Source of the DNA: Octopus sinensis
Taxonomy: Eukaryota
DNA length: 64,000 nt
Direction of reading: 5' to 3'
Assembly: GCF_006345805.1 (NCBI RefSeq)
Contig: NC_043008.1
Coordinates: 12,090,001-12,154,000 of the forward strand
Numbering within the stretch: the first letter of the stretch is position 1; each line of letters opens with the position of its first letter. The position numbers and the translations under genes are program-made. The notes beneath the pieces are model-generated. The model did no database searches. It worked only from the letters and a program-made list of their open reading frames with translations, and was not told the origin of the DNA. Shown here one piece after another: positions 1 through 12,840 of this stretch.

Positions 1-319
1 GTGGTGGTGGTGTTGGTGTTGGTGTTGTTGTTTTGTGTTTCGTGGGGGTAGGTTTCTTGTAGGTGTGTTGTTGTCTGTTGACGTAAACTGATGAAATATT
101 ATGTCAGCTGTAAATAAGTAGTTGGATAAGGTAGGTCGACACATGATCTGCACTGTAGGCACACACACACGTAGTCAAACAGACACACACAAACACACAT
201 ATGTATGTAATGTATATATATACACACACACACACACACATATATATATCTGTATATATCTGCATATCTACATAATCAACACATTGACAGTCAGTTGCTC
301 AAGCTAATTAACTTGTGAT

Positions 320-1215
320 ATATATATATGCATACACACACACACACACACACACATGCAAACACTGCTTCTTTCTTGCATACACACATATGCACACATG
401 CACTCACACTCTCTCTCTCTCTCACACACGCATACATACACACTCCATTCTCGCATGCACCCACACACATACGCTCTCTCTCTCTCTCTTTGACACACAC
501 ACACACACACTCATTCTTCCATGTGCACGCACCCTCACACACATACACACACACTGATTCTTTCTTGCATACACACATACACTCTCCTCCTCTCTCACAT
601 ACACATGCATACACATACACACTCCATTCTTGCATACACACATACACTTACGCTCTCTCTCTCACACACACATGTATACACACTCCATTCTTGCATGCAC
701 GCTCTCTCTCACCCACTCTTCCATGTGCACACACACCCACAAATACACACACACACACTGCTTCATTTTTGCAAATACGCATACACTCAATCTCTGTCTC
801 TCTCTCTCACACACACACACTCATACTCCTATGTGCACACACACCCACACACACATACATTCACGCTCTCTCTCACCCACTCTTCCATATGCACACACAC
901 ACACACACATACATTCATGCTCTCTCTCACCCACTCTTCCATGTGCACACACACACACACACACACTGCTTCTTTCTTGCATACACACACTACACACTTA
1001 CACACACACACACGCTCTCTCTCTTGTTCTCTCCTTCTTTCTTACACACACACATACACTACTTCTTTCTTGCATACACTCACACACACACACACACTCT
1101 CTTTCTCTCTTGTTCTCTCCTTCTTTCTCTCACACACACACACACACTCTCTCTCTCTCCTTCTCCTCCCCTTCTCTCTCTGTTGCACTCACTCACTCAC
1201 ACAACACACACTTCC
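320..1215. repeat. Compound (CA)n/(CT)n microsatellite with recurring higher-order units
   Basis: Alternating CA and CT tracts with recurring blocks such as cactccattcttgcatacacac and ctctctcacccactcttccatgtgcacac. The H/T/L-rich ORFs here are repeat translations. Confidence 0.95.
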
Positions 1216-1498
1216 AAAAGACACAGCTAACGAAATCCTCTAATCTCAGATTGCTAATCTCTTCTATTGATCCTAAATCTTTATAAACATGAAAAGCAAA
1301 GTTGACCTCGGAGGGGACTTGAACTCTGAACACAAAATTACAGAACTAAATACCTAAAAGCCATTTTGTTCCATACCTGATTGCCATATCTCCCACCTTT
1401 ATACATTATTAAAAGCTTGGTTCAAATCACAGCAATGATCAGATCTTGCGCTTCTAAGACTCATCCATGGTCATACTCACACACCTTTCTTAAGCTAA

Positions 1499-1917
1499 TT
1501 TCTATTTCTTTACTACCCACAAGGGGCTAAACACAGAGAGGACAAACAAGGACAGACAAACGGATTAAGTTGATTACATCGACTCCAGTGCGCAACTGGT
1601 ACTTAATTTATCGACCCCGAAAGGATGAAAGGCAAAGTCGACCTCGGCGGAATTTGAACCCAGAACGTAAAGACAGACGAAATACCTATTTCCTTACTAC
1701 CCACAAGGAGCTAAACACAGAGAGGACAAACAAGGACAGACAAATGGATTAAGTCGATTACATCGACCCCAGTGCGTAACTGGTACTTTATTTATCGACC
1801 CCGAAAGGATGAAAGGCAAAGTCGACCTTGGCAGAATTTGAACTCAGAACGTAACGGCAGACGAAATACGGCTACGCATTTCGCCCAGCGTGCTAACGTT
1901 TCTGCCAGCTCGCCGCC
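1499..1917 (-). mobile_element. Dimeric tRNA-derived SINE with Meta-like core
   Basis: Sense head ggcggcgagctggcagaaacgttagc with B box gttcaaatt, core gaggtcgactttgcctttcatcctttcggggtcgataaataaagtaccagt. A second partial unit is joined at about 1685. Many other copies in the window. Confidence 0.85.
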
Positions 1918-2269
1918 CTGAGAACTGATACAAGACCACTTAGCAAAACCATTACAGAACAAAGGTTAAAACTAGTAGGTCACATATTCTAGCAATCAGA
2001 ACAATACCATTCTAAAATAGCTTTCAAATGGACACCACTGGAAGGGAAAAGAAAGAGTGGAAGGCCAAAACCTACATGGCACAGAGGATTCATAAGGAAG
2101 ATGGAAGAGGCTATTATCACATAGGTTGATGCAATGAAAACTGTAACCAATAGAAACCAGAGGTGTCAGTTTGCTGTCTAATATACTCAAGAGCACCAGA
2201 GGGGCTGATACTGAACTAACGAGCCATGAATGGAAAGGCAAAAATGTGTAAGGCTTTCTAGAAATTTAA

Positions 2270-2835
2270 CTTGTAGTATATAGACATATAAACGTGTGTA
2301 TGTATATATATATGTATGTATGTATGTGTTTGTATGTGTGTATGTATGTATGTATGTATGTTTATGTATGTATGTATGTGTGTGTGTATATATGTATGTA
2401 TGTATGTTTGTATGTATGTGTGTGTGTATGTAAGTATGTTTGTTTGTATGTATGTGTGTGTGTATGTATGTATGTTTGTAAGAATGTATGTATGTATGTA
2501 TGTTTGTATGTATGTATGTATGTATGTGTGTGTATGTATGCATGTTTGTATGTATGTATTTATGTTTGTATGTATGTGTGTGTATGTATGTATTTATGTG
2601 TGTATGTATGTTTGTTTGTATGTATGTATTTATGTTTGTATGTATGTGTGTTTATGTATGTATGTGTGTATGTATGTTTGTAAGTATGTATGTATGTATG
2701 TATGTTTGTATGTATGTGTGTGTATGTATGTTTGTTTGTTTGTATGTATATATGTGTGTGTATGTATGCATGTTCGTATGTATTGTATGTTGTGTGTGTG
2801 TATGTATGTAAGTATGTATGTATGTATGTATGTAT
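2270..2835. repeat. (TATG)n/(TG)n microsatellite
   Basis: Directly visible tetranucleotide tract. Confidence 0.97.
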
Positions 2836-2986
2836 ATCTTCTAATGTGGAAGTTTTGGTTCCTGGATGGAGACTGGTTGATTTTCTATTGGCGATAAATT
2901 GAATAATAAACTAGAATGCATGAACACACACACACCACACACATGCACACACATAACGATGCATGCTCACACAAAGCAAAACACAT

Positions 2987-3018
<32 letters not shown>

Positions 3019-3459
3019 TCATGCACTCACATACAGCCAAACACACAAACATATACATACACACACAAAAATGGATCTCTATAACAAGTGTGTGTTCATT
3101 CAGCTTTTGTTGCTATGACGAAAACTGGGCCTTAAATTGAGAAGTAAGATATTTGCAACACCACTTAGAAAATATACACCGACAATGGAAATACCTTGTG
3201 TTTGCCGTTGTTTAACCATAAGTATAATGTGTATAAAACTTGTCAGCCAAGCAGAAAGTCTGTCTTTGGAGAAAAGTAGATTCTATGAGGAGATATGGAT
3301 GGTTATTTCACACTCAGAGAATTCAATTAATGCTAGAAATTCCTACGAGTGCTTTTGTATTTCTCTGCAATATTAAAATATGTTTTTAGCAGAAGTTCTA
3401 TGGTTTCTGTTATGATAGCATAGATTCATGCAATAAATTACATATAGATAGATATCATC

Positions 3460-3615
3460 ATCATCATTGGCGTCGTTGTCGTTGTTATTTAATGTCTGTT
3501 TTTTCCATCCTGGCATGGGTCGGACAGTTAGACAGGAGCTGGAAAATTCAGAAAGCTGCGCCAAGCTCCAATTGTCTGTTTGGCATGGAGTCTATGGCTG
3601 GATGCTCTTTCTAAT
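3460..3615 (-). mobile_element. 3' part of VNTR-headed SINE-like family (aagggcatccagc core, ccatgccagcatgg hairpin, (GAT)n tail)
   Basis: Matches copies at 8070-8315, 8925-9030, 20835-21115, 21520-21640, 31905-32075, 41130-41310, 47395-47560, 47690-47820, 56270-56395, 57195-57310 and 60110-60310. Confidence 0.75.
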
Positions 3616-4152
3616 ACTAAAAAGACTTTACTGGGTGTGTTGGGTTAGGGTTAGCGAAAGAGGAAGAAGGAGGGAGGGAGGGAGAGAGGAGGAGAGGGAG
3701 AAAGAGAGGGGCAGGGAGGTAGAAAGAAGGAAAGAGAGAGAAACAAAGGGATAGAGAGAGGGAAAGAGAGGAGGAGTGGGAGGGAGGAAGGGAGAGGGAA
3801 AAGGGAGAAAGAGAGAGATGGAGAGAGAAAGGGGAGAGAGAAAGAGACAGAGAGAGAGAGGAACCAGGAGGAGAGAGAGAAGGTGTAAGACAGAAAACAT
3901 GTGAGTAATGGGAAAAGCCGAGCAAAGATGTAGATCTGAGATGGAGGAGATGAGAGAGTTTGAAGTTAATACAGTTAAATACATTGGACACTGACATTTG
4001 TTTACATGCTAAAGGTGTGTGTGTGTGTGTGTTTGCATGAATATGTCTGTACAGGTATGAGAACCTACTTATATACATACATATATCAGTTACACACACA
4101 CACACACACACACACATATGTATATATATATATATAGGTGTGGCTGTGGGCA

Positions 4153-4733
4153 AAGGTGCAGGCATGGCTGTGTAGTAAGAAGCTTGCCTCCCAACCAGAT
4201 GGTTCCGGGTTCAGTCCTACTGCATGGCACCTTGAGCAAGTGTCTTCTACTATAGCCTTGAGCCAACCAAAGCCTTGTGAGTGTATTTAGTAGACAGAAA
4301 CTGAGAGAAGCCCCTCATTGGTTGTGTGGTAAGTAGCTTGCTTACGAACCACATGGTTCCAGGTTCAGTCCCACTGCGCGGTACCTTGGGTAAATGTCTT
4401 CTACTATAGCCTCGGGCCGACCAAAGCCTTGTGAGTGGATTTGGTAGACAGAAACTGAAAGAAGCCCGTCGTATATATGTATATATATATATATATATGT
4501 GTGTATGTGCATGTTTGTGTGTCTGTGTTTGTCCCCCCAACATCGCTTGACAACCGATGCTGGTGTGTTTACGTCTCTGTAACTTAGCGGTTCGGCAAAA
4601 AAAAGAGAGACTGATAAAACAAGTACTAAGCTTAAAAAGAATAAGTCCTGGGTCGATTTGCTCGACTAAAGGCAGTGCTCTAACATGGCCACAGTCAAAT
4701 GACTGAAACAAGTAATAGAGTAAAGAGTAAGAG
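4153..4733 (+). mobile_element. CORE-type tRNA SINE, partial copy followed by a full copy
   Basis: A box tggctgtgtgg, B box ggttcagtccc, CORE-like ggcaccttgggcaagtgtctt, internal (TA)/(TG) tract, 3' ccagcatggccgcagtcaaatgactgaaacaag-like end and (TAAAAGAG)-type tail. Resembles the octopus OR1/OR2 CORE-SINE type (family name from memory). Confidence 0.9.
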
Positions 4734-4947
4734 TGTATATATGTACATATTTATATATGTGTCTTTGTTTAGGTATGTATGTATATGTGTGGGTGTATAG
4801 GTAAACACATTTATATGCATGCGTATATGTTGTATATGCATGTTATACGTGAAATGGAGGTGAGAGATGAAAGCAAAAGAGATAGAGATAGGGAAGATGT
4901 TTGGGTCTCAGGTGAGAGGGAGAATGGTGAGGAGATAGGTGTAGGTG

Positions 4948-5132
4948 TCAGGTAAGTGAGAGGGTGGTGGTGTATTTTCCATCAGTTGGTGCCGTTTTAC
5001 TTATTAACTTCTGCTCACTCGAAGAATATCCAGGCGTTATGTGTAATGGCGCTAAGTTAAAAGCCGGTGAACTTAGCGAAGAGTGATGTACTATGAAGTC
5101 TTGTGAAAATCCACCTTCTACTATTATTAGCG
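4948..5132 (-). CDS. Probable coding exon of an unidentified gene (xLIIVEGGFSQDFIVHHSSLSSPAFNLAPLHITPGYSS...)
   Basis: Very strong acceptor ttttgcttttttttttctctctcttcag|C at 5133/5132. Open frame starting in phase 1. All 7 CpGs between 4993 and 5132 fall in one codon phase (NCG codons). The 3' boundary is uncertain: donor CGA|GTGAGC at 5019, or read-through to TGA at 4948-4950. Confidence 0.5.
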
Positions 5133-5709
5133 CTGAAGAGAGAGAAAAAAAAAAGCAAAACGAAAAAAAAACAAAAAGAAGAAAAAAAGAACAAAAATAA
5201 TAAAATAAAGTTTGGAAAAATTCCTGATGCAAAGAACTAGAAAACAAAACACGTAAAAGAATGGTAAAAAAACAAAAAAAAAGTTGGCGGCACAGATGTT
5301 AACATTGATAAATAGTGAAAACCTTAGACTTAGCAGGAGAATCATTGCCGTATATAATTGTGTGAATGAGTGTGTGTATGTGTGTATGTGTGTGTGTGTG
5401 TTGTGTGTGTGCGTGTGTAATAGCGTATGCGGATTAGTTTGCATATATTCACAGACAATTTAGTTTTATTTTATCTCAAGGTTATTTCGTTTACGTTTCT
5501 CGTGAATTTTTTGACATATAACGCTTCTTCGCATGGAGCAATTATACACACACACATCCACAAAGCTAGTTATACACAACACACAACATCTACCTACTAC
5601 ATTATCATATATATGTAAACATATCTATATGGTTGTGGACATAGCGGGTGTTTGTGTTTATGTATATATATATATATCTATTAATCTCTATATATATACA
5701 TAGTATAAC

Positions 5710-5742
<33 letters not shown>

Positions 5743-5765
5743 GTATATATATATATGTATATATA

Positions 5766-5817
<52 letters not shown>

Positions 5818-5956
5818 TATATATACATATATATATATATCATATATATATATTATATATATATTATATATATACCTACAATATATATTATATACACACA
5901 TATATTTATACATATAATATATATATACATATATATATATACAACATATATATAAT

Positions 5957-6405
5957 TTTACTTATAAAGTACTAGGCTTACAAAGAATAAGTCTAGGGAT
6001 CGATTTGCTTGACTAAAGGCGGTGCTCCAGCATGGCCGCAGTCAAATGGCTGAAACAAGTAAAAGAGTAAAAGACTAAAAGAGAATATATACACACACAC
6101 ATATTTATGTATACATACAGATATTATATATATATATAACGTATACACACATACCATACATATATATACATATAGATACTTTTACTTATAAAGTACTAGG
6201 CTTACAAAGAATAAGTCCTGGGGATCGATTTGCTTGACTAAAGGCGGTGCTCCAGCATGGCCGCAGTCAAATGGCTGAAACAAGTAAAAGAGTAAAAGAC
6301 TAAAAGAGAATATATACACACACACATATTTATGTATACATACAGATATATAATATATATATATATATAACGTATACACACATACCATACATATATATAC
6401 ATACA
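5957..6405 (+). repeat. Tandem duplication (about 225 bp x 2) of a CORE-SINE 3' end plus flank
   Basis: Two near-identical units starting at about 5957 and 6181 share the variant aaatggctg and the tail gactaaaagagaatat. Confidence 0.9.
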
Positions 6406-6729
6406 TGAAGGTATGACGTCATGTCCTTCTGTTCATCAATTTAATCCTCTTTAATTTCTTAATTGCTGCTTAATTAACCTTTAAAACATTTTCAACAACA
6501 ATAAATATTAATACTCAATTGGTTTTGGTGTTTGTAGCTTTTATCGTACAAATTTATTGAGGGAAGAAAGGAAAAACTGTAACCATCTGCCAAACTTATA
6601 AGCTGTTATGTATATGTAACAAGGCAGTTTGCCTCTAAAAATGTGCCGTCTGTATTGTATTTAATAACATTCATCATACAATTGATTGGAGACCATTTAC
6701 GTGTTACAATAGTTTGGTAATCATCCTGT

Positions 6730-6980
6730 GTAATAATGATAATGATGATAATATAATAATAATAATAATAATAATAATATAATAATAATATAATAATAAT
6801 AATAATATAATAATAATATAATAACACAATACTAATTATTGTATAATGATGATGATGATGATGATAATAGTAATAATAATAGTAATAATGATGATGATGA
6901 TGATGATGATGATGATGGTGATGATAATGATGATGATGATAGTAATAATGATGATAATAATAATAATAATAATAATAATA
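6730..6980. repeat. (AAT)n/(GAT)n microsatellite
   Basis: Directly visible. Confidence 0.95.
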
Positions 6981-7543
6981 ACTGCCCTGAGGCAGTACCA
7001 GGCAGTGGCTCTCATGGCTTCTGATCTTAACTGACTGGAAGTGTTATCATGTACATTGTTTTGTCTTGATATAAAAGATGGGCTACAGCAAATATTCTGC
7101 TCAATACCACAGACTTGCTTGTCACTTGTTTGACCTTAACCAGCTGAGCATGTCCCTTAGTGGCTGACGATATGTGCATCTCTGATCATGAGCAGAAGTA
7201 GTGGGGGAGCATCATAGCTATGTGTTGAGAGGGATTCCTTGGGGTTCGGATAATTCACCTCTGGAAACATGGGTGTTTCGTTCAGCATCCTTAAACAATC
7301 CTTATTCTGAGACCTTTTGAGCGGAATGGGCTACTCGACCAGAAGAAAATTCTAACTGGGTCCCTCCTGTGAGGTCATGTGGTGTTTATCTTGATATGAG
7401 ATCACCATGTCGTGCACATATGGTTGTGATGCATGTGCTTGGTGTACCCTTATCAGACAGGTAGTCATGATTCATGATGGGTATACTGGGCTTTGTATAT
7501 TATACCCCAGTGTCACTTTGATGGCATGCACTGCTTTCTCACC

Positions 7544-7545
<2 letters not shown>
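6981..7545. mobile_element. Unclassified interspersed repeat between (AAT)n tracts
   Basis: GC-richer 560-bp block with sharp edges at (AAT)n tracts and no ORF. Only one copy in the window, so repeat status rests on recollection of octopus sequence. Confidence 0.4.
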
Positions 7546-7576
<31 letters not shown>

Positions 7577-7589
7577 TAATAGTAATAAT

Positions 7590-7740
7590 ACATTGACCCT
7601 AGTGCATAACTGGTACTTATTTTATTGACCCCTGAAAGGATGAAAGGTAAAGTCGACCTCAGCGGAATTTGAACTCAGAGCATAAAGATGGGCAAAATGT
7701 CGCTAAACATTTTGTCCAGCATACTAACGATCCAGCCAAC
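7590..7740 (-). mobile_element. Meta-type SINE, diverged copy
   Basis: actggtacttattttattgacccctgaaaggatgaaaggtaaagtcgacctc core. Similar copies at 19375-19563(+), 23540-23740(+), 60775-60990(-), 61515-61710(-) and 63635-63850(+). Confidence 0.85.
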
Positions 7741-8319
7741 TTTTGGGTTGTAGTAGTAATTGATTAATGGACCCCAGCACAACACTGGTATTTATTTTAT
7801 CAGACCTGTATGACAGGGTGAAAATTTGGTTTTGAGGTCAAAGGTCATTCTTCTTCTGCATCCCATAAAGCACCAACACAGTTTTCTCCCTTGTATTTAA
7901 TTTCTCTTTACGCTCAATTAATCTCCAAACTCGCTCCAAGCTCCGCTGTTCATTGATGCTGACATTCCATCTCCAGTGGAGCATGATCATTTTATTTCTT
8001 TCCACTTTGCACATCTTCTCTATTCAATGCTCATCTCTTGCTACTATACAGCATAGTACCTTGTACACATCATCGTCATTTAACGTCCGTTTTCCATGCT
8101 GGCATGGATTGGACGGTTTGACACGTGCTCGCAAGCCGAAGACCTGCACCAGGCTCCAACTGTCTGTTTTGGCATGGATCCTGCAGCTGGATGCTCTTCC
8201 TAATGCCAACACCATTACTAAATATCTAGAACCATGTGATATTCCCATCACCTTCATCATTCAACGTCCGTTTTTCATGCTGTCATGGGTTGGACAGTTT
8301 GACAGGAGCTGACCAGCCA

Positions 8320-8322
8320 TAG

Positions 8323-8384
<62 letters not shown>

Positions 8385-8462
8385 CTAGATAGCTAGATAG
8401 ATAGATAGATAGATAGATATAGAGAGATAGATAGATATAGATAGATAGATAGATAGATAGAC

Positions 8463-8530
<68 letters not shown>

Positions 8531-8603
8531 GATAGATAGATAGATAGATAGATAGCTAGATAGATAGATAGATAGATAGATAGATATAGAGAGATAGATA
8601 GAT

Positions 8604-8645
<42 letters not shown>
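8320..8645. repeat. (GATA)n microsatellite
   Basis: Directly visible. Similar (CTAT)n tracts at 39520-39800 and 42990-43325. Confidence 0.97.
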
Positions 8646-8646
<1 letters not shown>

Positions 8647-8850
8647 CAAAAATTATATAATTATGAGAATAATTATAATTAGGGTTCAGCAAAATTTGCT
8701 TCACCAGTTTGCTGAATCCTAATTATAATTATGCTCATAATTATAGAATGTTTGTATAAGTTTACTGATAAAGGTTCTTTTAACATACCCTACTACTTGG
8801 TAAAATTATTAATTATTAATTAATTAATTAATTTTACCCTTTATAATTAT

Positions 8851-8884
<34 letters not shown>

Positions 8885-9970
8885 GCCTGGTGCATATATG
8901 GATATATATATATATATATATATAGGCCTAGTGCAGCCTTCTGGCTTCCCAGACCCCAGTTGAACCGTCCAACCCATGCTAGCATGGAAGCGGGCGCTAA
9001 ACGATGATGATGATGATGATGATGATGATATATATATATATAGAGAGATAGATGGATAGATAGATAGATATACAGATTTGACTTTTAATTGACGAACAAT
9101 AAAGTTAAAGCCCATCCTAGTCCAAAATCTGAACATAGATGGATGTAATTGAATAGTTCACCTGGTCTTGTCGGCAACTGGTGATTTATTAATTAAATAA
9201 ACACATGGCCACATAGGTATAATTAATGAAATGCATGGCAGACACCTGATACTTCTTTCGCTATCTGAGAGTACAGGTATGGTTAACTCTAGCAGGAAAT
9301 AAACCAGAAACATTAATAGATGGAACTAAATACCAATTCCGACATATTTACTATACCTGCTAGTTCACTGTCTTTAGTTAGTATACAAAAATATAGTAAT
9401 CCTGAGAGGAAAGAAAATGACCTATAAAAATCTCTTGAATGGGAAAAGAAAAATGTTGGCTGATTGGCTGCGGTGAGTGCAGTCAATTTCCCACTTGCAA
9501 TTCTGAAGGTTAGTTGGCAGGAACACCCGAATGGAGGAGTGAAAGAGAGCGAAAGAGAGAGAGACAGAATGTGTGTTAACTTGTGTAATGTTTTGCTTGC
9601 TGGCTGGAAGATAGCTTAGTATATTATTTGGCTCAAGGCCACATTTGTATGCATTTCTTCTGAGTGGTTCCGAGTGTGGTCAGGCTGACCCATCTAATCA
9701 TATTTGATGGCATAAAAGACACATGGGCCCATATTAAGTACGCCCTAATTTCAGAGCAGTGTGGTAGATTCGGTGGGGAAAAAGTGTTTACATTGCATAC
9801 AGGATGCTGGGTGATATTTTTCCAGGAAAAAAAAATTACATCTTATATATGCCACCAAATACTGTAAACTGCACTGTCATTAATAAAATTAAAGTATTTA
9901 ATATGCGGCAGATGTTTATAATAAGATGCTGTTTTGAAATCAGCTTTTCACATTGCAAAACAGTTTCACA

Positions 9971-10450
9971 TTCTTTTATTCGGTTATTCTATCATTCTAT
10001 TATTCTCTCAGTCATTTGACTGCAGCCATACTGGAGCACCGCCTCAAAGGATTTTTTAGTTGAAGAAATTGACCCCCCTCCCTCCATCCAAGACGACTTA
10101 TTCCTTGTAAGCCTAGTACTTATTCTATCAGTCTCTTTTGCCGAACCACTAAGTTACGGGGACATAAACACAACAATATTGGTTGTCAAGTGATGGTCAG
10201 TGGGGGGGGGGGCGACAAATAGAGACACACAAACACACACAAACACACACACATAAACACACATGCACACACATATAAAGTTCATGTTCAGTTAAATGAA
10301 GGAAAGAGAATGGAGAGTTAAAACAATCATTATTTGTTATTAAAAAAATTGATAATCTTTACTTCTTACAGTCGTTTCTAAATTCGCTCACAAGGCTTTT
10401 GTCGGCCCGACTATAGTAGAAAACACTTGCCCAAGGTGCTACGCAGTGGG
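9971..10450 (-). mobile_element. CORE-type SINE lacking the 5' part of its tRNA head
   Basis: Matches the 4320-4733 copy in reverse and stops at gcagtggga, where a (TA)n tract begins. Confidence 0.9.
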
Positions 10451-10452
10451 AA

Positions 10453-10488
<36 letters not shown>

Positions 10489-10491
<3 letters not shown>

Positions 10492-11045
10492 TGGCTGCCC
10501 CCTCGTTATCGAGTATGGCCATTGCACGAAGCTTAATCAATGTTGTTATCATGCAATGCCTGTGCAAGAAGATTTTTTTTGAAAGTGAGGAAAGGCTGTG
10601 CACTGAGTCAATCCCACTCACTAAGTAACAGCAGCCATAATCCGAAAAGAAGAACAAGTTAACATCATCGGTAACCACTGAGCTGCAGGTTTTATGTTGG
10701 AGTTATCCCAGTTACCTGAGTTGCCTTCTCCGAGAAGGATGCCCTGACAAAGGCTAGGAGACCTTCACTCCCAATGGTTTAACCACGCGATCGGGTATTC
10801 AGTCTGATTATTTCTATGTCCCCGCGCATGATACGGCCTTAAGACATTTATTGGATGGCCGTTGACTCTCAGGAGTTCCTCTGCTCTTTGACGGGTGTTG
10901 TTTTTCATCCCGCAGGGTGATCAATAAACACCCTCCTCACCAAGCGAGCTTGGTGGGGTTGCCGGTTTAGTTGCCAACGACCCGACCATGCAACAGGTAG
11001 TACTGGGTTACATGTTACCAGTAGCATTCGAAAGTGACCTGACAT
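10489..11045 (-). mobile_element. Non-autonomous RTE derivative (RTE-like 5' UTR fused to an RTE 3' tail)
   Basis: Last 37 nt are 28/37 identical to the 3' end of the adjacent RTE LINE. The internal agcctttgtcagggcatccttctcggagaaggcaactc resembles RTE 5' UTR motifs. No RT coding sequence. Confidence 0.6.
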
Positions 11046-11062
11046 ACATACATATATATATA

Positions 11063-11600
11063 TGATGGCCGTCCACTCGTGACCGAGGAAGACCATTGCC
11101 GACCTTCAGGAACATTGTGCGCTCTAGGACTAACTTATATTTTGCATTTGCGGCTCCGTTGGTGGCTAATGAGCCCTGCTCTTGACAAGCATACACGACT
11201 GCAAGCATTGCAGACCAAGCTTTCCCCATTCACTATACGAGCCGTGCGCTTTTGCGCAGCTCGCTTAAGTTCTTCATGCTGGATACGTGCTCTCTCAAAA
11301 GTGTCGATCCCCTCCTTAACCTGCTTCTTCCATCTGTAGCGATGACAGGCATTGTTTTCCCAGTCAGTGTCCTGCATATCACAGGCCTTTAACGAAGACT
11401 TGACACAGTCCTTAAATCGCAGCCTTGGTTTCTGCCGGAGTTTCCTTCCATTCACAAGTTCTCCATAGAGCATCTGCTTAGGAATCCTTCTATCCTCCAT
11501 TCTAATAAGGTGTCCAGTCCAACGCAACCGGTGCTTGTGTACCATCACCTCAATACTCAAGATATCAGCTGTCCTCAGGATCTGTGTGTCTGGAATTTTT
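11063..11600 (-). mobile_element. 5'-truncated RTE/BovB-like LINE, ORF C-terminus and 3' UTR
   Basis: KIPDTQIL...HRLRWTGHLIRMEDRRIPKQMLYGEL..G.K.RQKPRLRFKD...W and terminal CNACSRVCLSRAGLISHQR are typical of the RTE ORF end. Stop at 11135-11137, short UTR, (TA)n tail. Confidence 0.92.
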
Positions 11601-11625
11601 GTATATATATACATATACACACACA

Positions 11626-11844
11626 CAAGGGAGTGCTGAAAGGTTCCTGGCTTTGGGTAAAAAATAATACTGGAGAATCAGTTAATTATGATTTTATTCA
11701 ACATATTCCTCTCACAGATTGACACATTTGTTGTAGCATTCCTTTGATTTTCCTAAGCTCTGTAAAAGAACTCGGAAGGTCCAGCTTCCACCCTGGCCTT
11801 TTGCAATTCCCTTAAAGCCAGAAACTTTTCAGCACTCCCTCATA
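11626..11844. mobile_element. Mariner-type MITE with about 29-bp TIRs
   Basis: Left caagggagtgctgaaaggttcctggcttt versus reverse complement of the right end tgagggagtgctgaaaagtttctggcttt. TA follows the right end. Confidence 0.85.
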
Positions 11845-12419
11845 TGACTCCATTGTCCAACGAGTCCTTCCACTTTAAGATGACCGAGCATGATTCGAAA
11901 GCGATTTGGCTGCTATCTCTAGCAGGTGTTCTACACAGAGACATCCTCGTTGAGACTTCACTGGTTTCTACTTGTTCTGAGAAGTAAAACGACTTAAAAC
12001 AGTTGTACTGTCTCTACCACCTCTCTCTCTCTCCCTCCCTCTCATCTCTCTCTTCCTCTCTCTCCCCTCCCCCCTCTCATCTCTCTCTTCCTCTCTCCCT
12101 CCCTCCCCTTCTAAGTATTTTTCTGTCATATGGTTAAACACTATTAAAAAATGGTAGATACAAACAACACGAAACAGTTCTTCTCAAAGAATTAAGTTCC
12201 TCACTTGTTAATACCAGGTTGTTTTCATTAATTTGGCGAGGTTTTATTTATTTATTGATTCCATAAACCATTTTTAGGACATTAGCCTTAACCTACATGG
12301 TTAAATGGTATTCCTATCAAGCTATTTACAATAGCTGTTTCCATTCTATTCTATTTTATTTCAAACAGTCTATCATTTTACAGCACCATGGGAAAAAAAA
12401 CAGACAGTAAAAATCGTTG

Positions 12420-12840
12420 ACAATGACAATGACGACCATGACAGGTGGTGATGACGATGATAATGACGGTGATTATGATGGTGATGACGGTGATGATGAT
12501 AATGATAATGATGATGGTGGTTGCGATGGTGATGATGGTGATGATAATGACAATGATTATGATGATGATGATGGTGATGACGATGATGGTGATGACGATG
12601 ACAATGATGATGATGATGATGATGATAATGATGGTGGTGGTGGGGATGGTGATGGCAATAACAATGATGACGATGATGATGATGATGATGATGGTGGGGG
12701 GGGATGGTGGTGATGGTGATGACGACGACAACAATGACGATGATGATGATGATGATGATGATGGTGGTGATGATGATGATGATGATGATGATGTTGATGA
12801 TGATGGTGGTGGTGATAGTGATGGTGATGATGATGATGAT
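12420..12840. repeat. Degenerate (GAT)n/(GGT)n trinucleotide tract
   Basis: Directly visible. Similar tracts at 19150-19375, 19560-19650 and 38455-38845. Confidence 0.95.

Noticed and set aside
4320-4380. tRNA genes
   Set aside because: These are SINE heads with A/B boxes that continue into core and tail, with no complete cloverleaf.
4850-4957. Perfect plus-strand donor CAG|GTAAGT at 4951/4952
   Set aside because: The upstream sequence is a degenerate GA-rich tract with no acceptor, and the coding signal nearby is on the minus strand.
9423-9478. TATAAAA, reverse CCAAT box and GTGAGT as a promoter and first exon
   Set aside because: The CCAAT box is downstream of the TATA, so the order is wrong. 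The motifs are common in AT-rich DNA.
10940-11045. HDV-like ribozyme at the RTE-derived 5' end
   Set aside because: Only simple hairpins can be formed, with too little sequence between candidate P2 strands for P1, P3 and P4.
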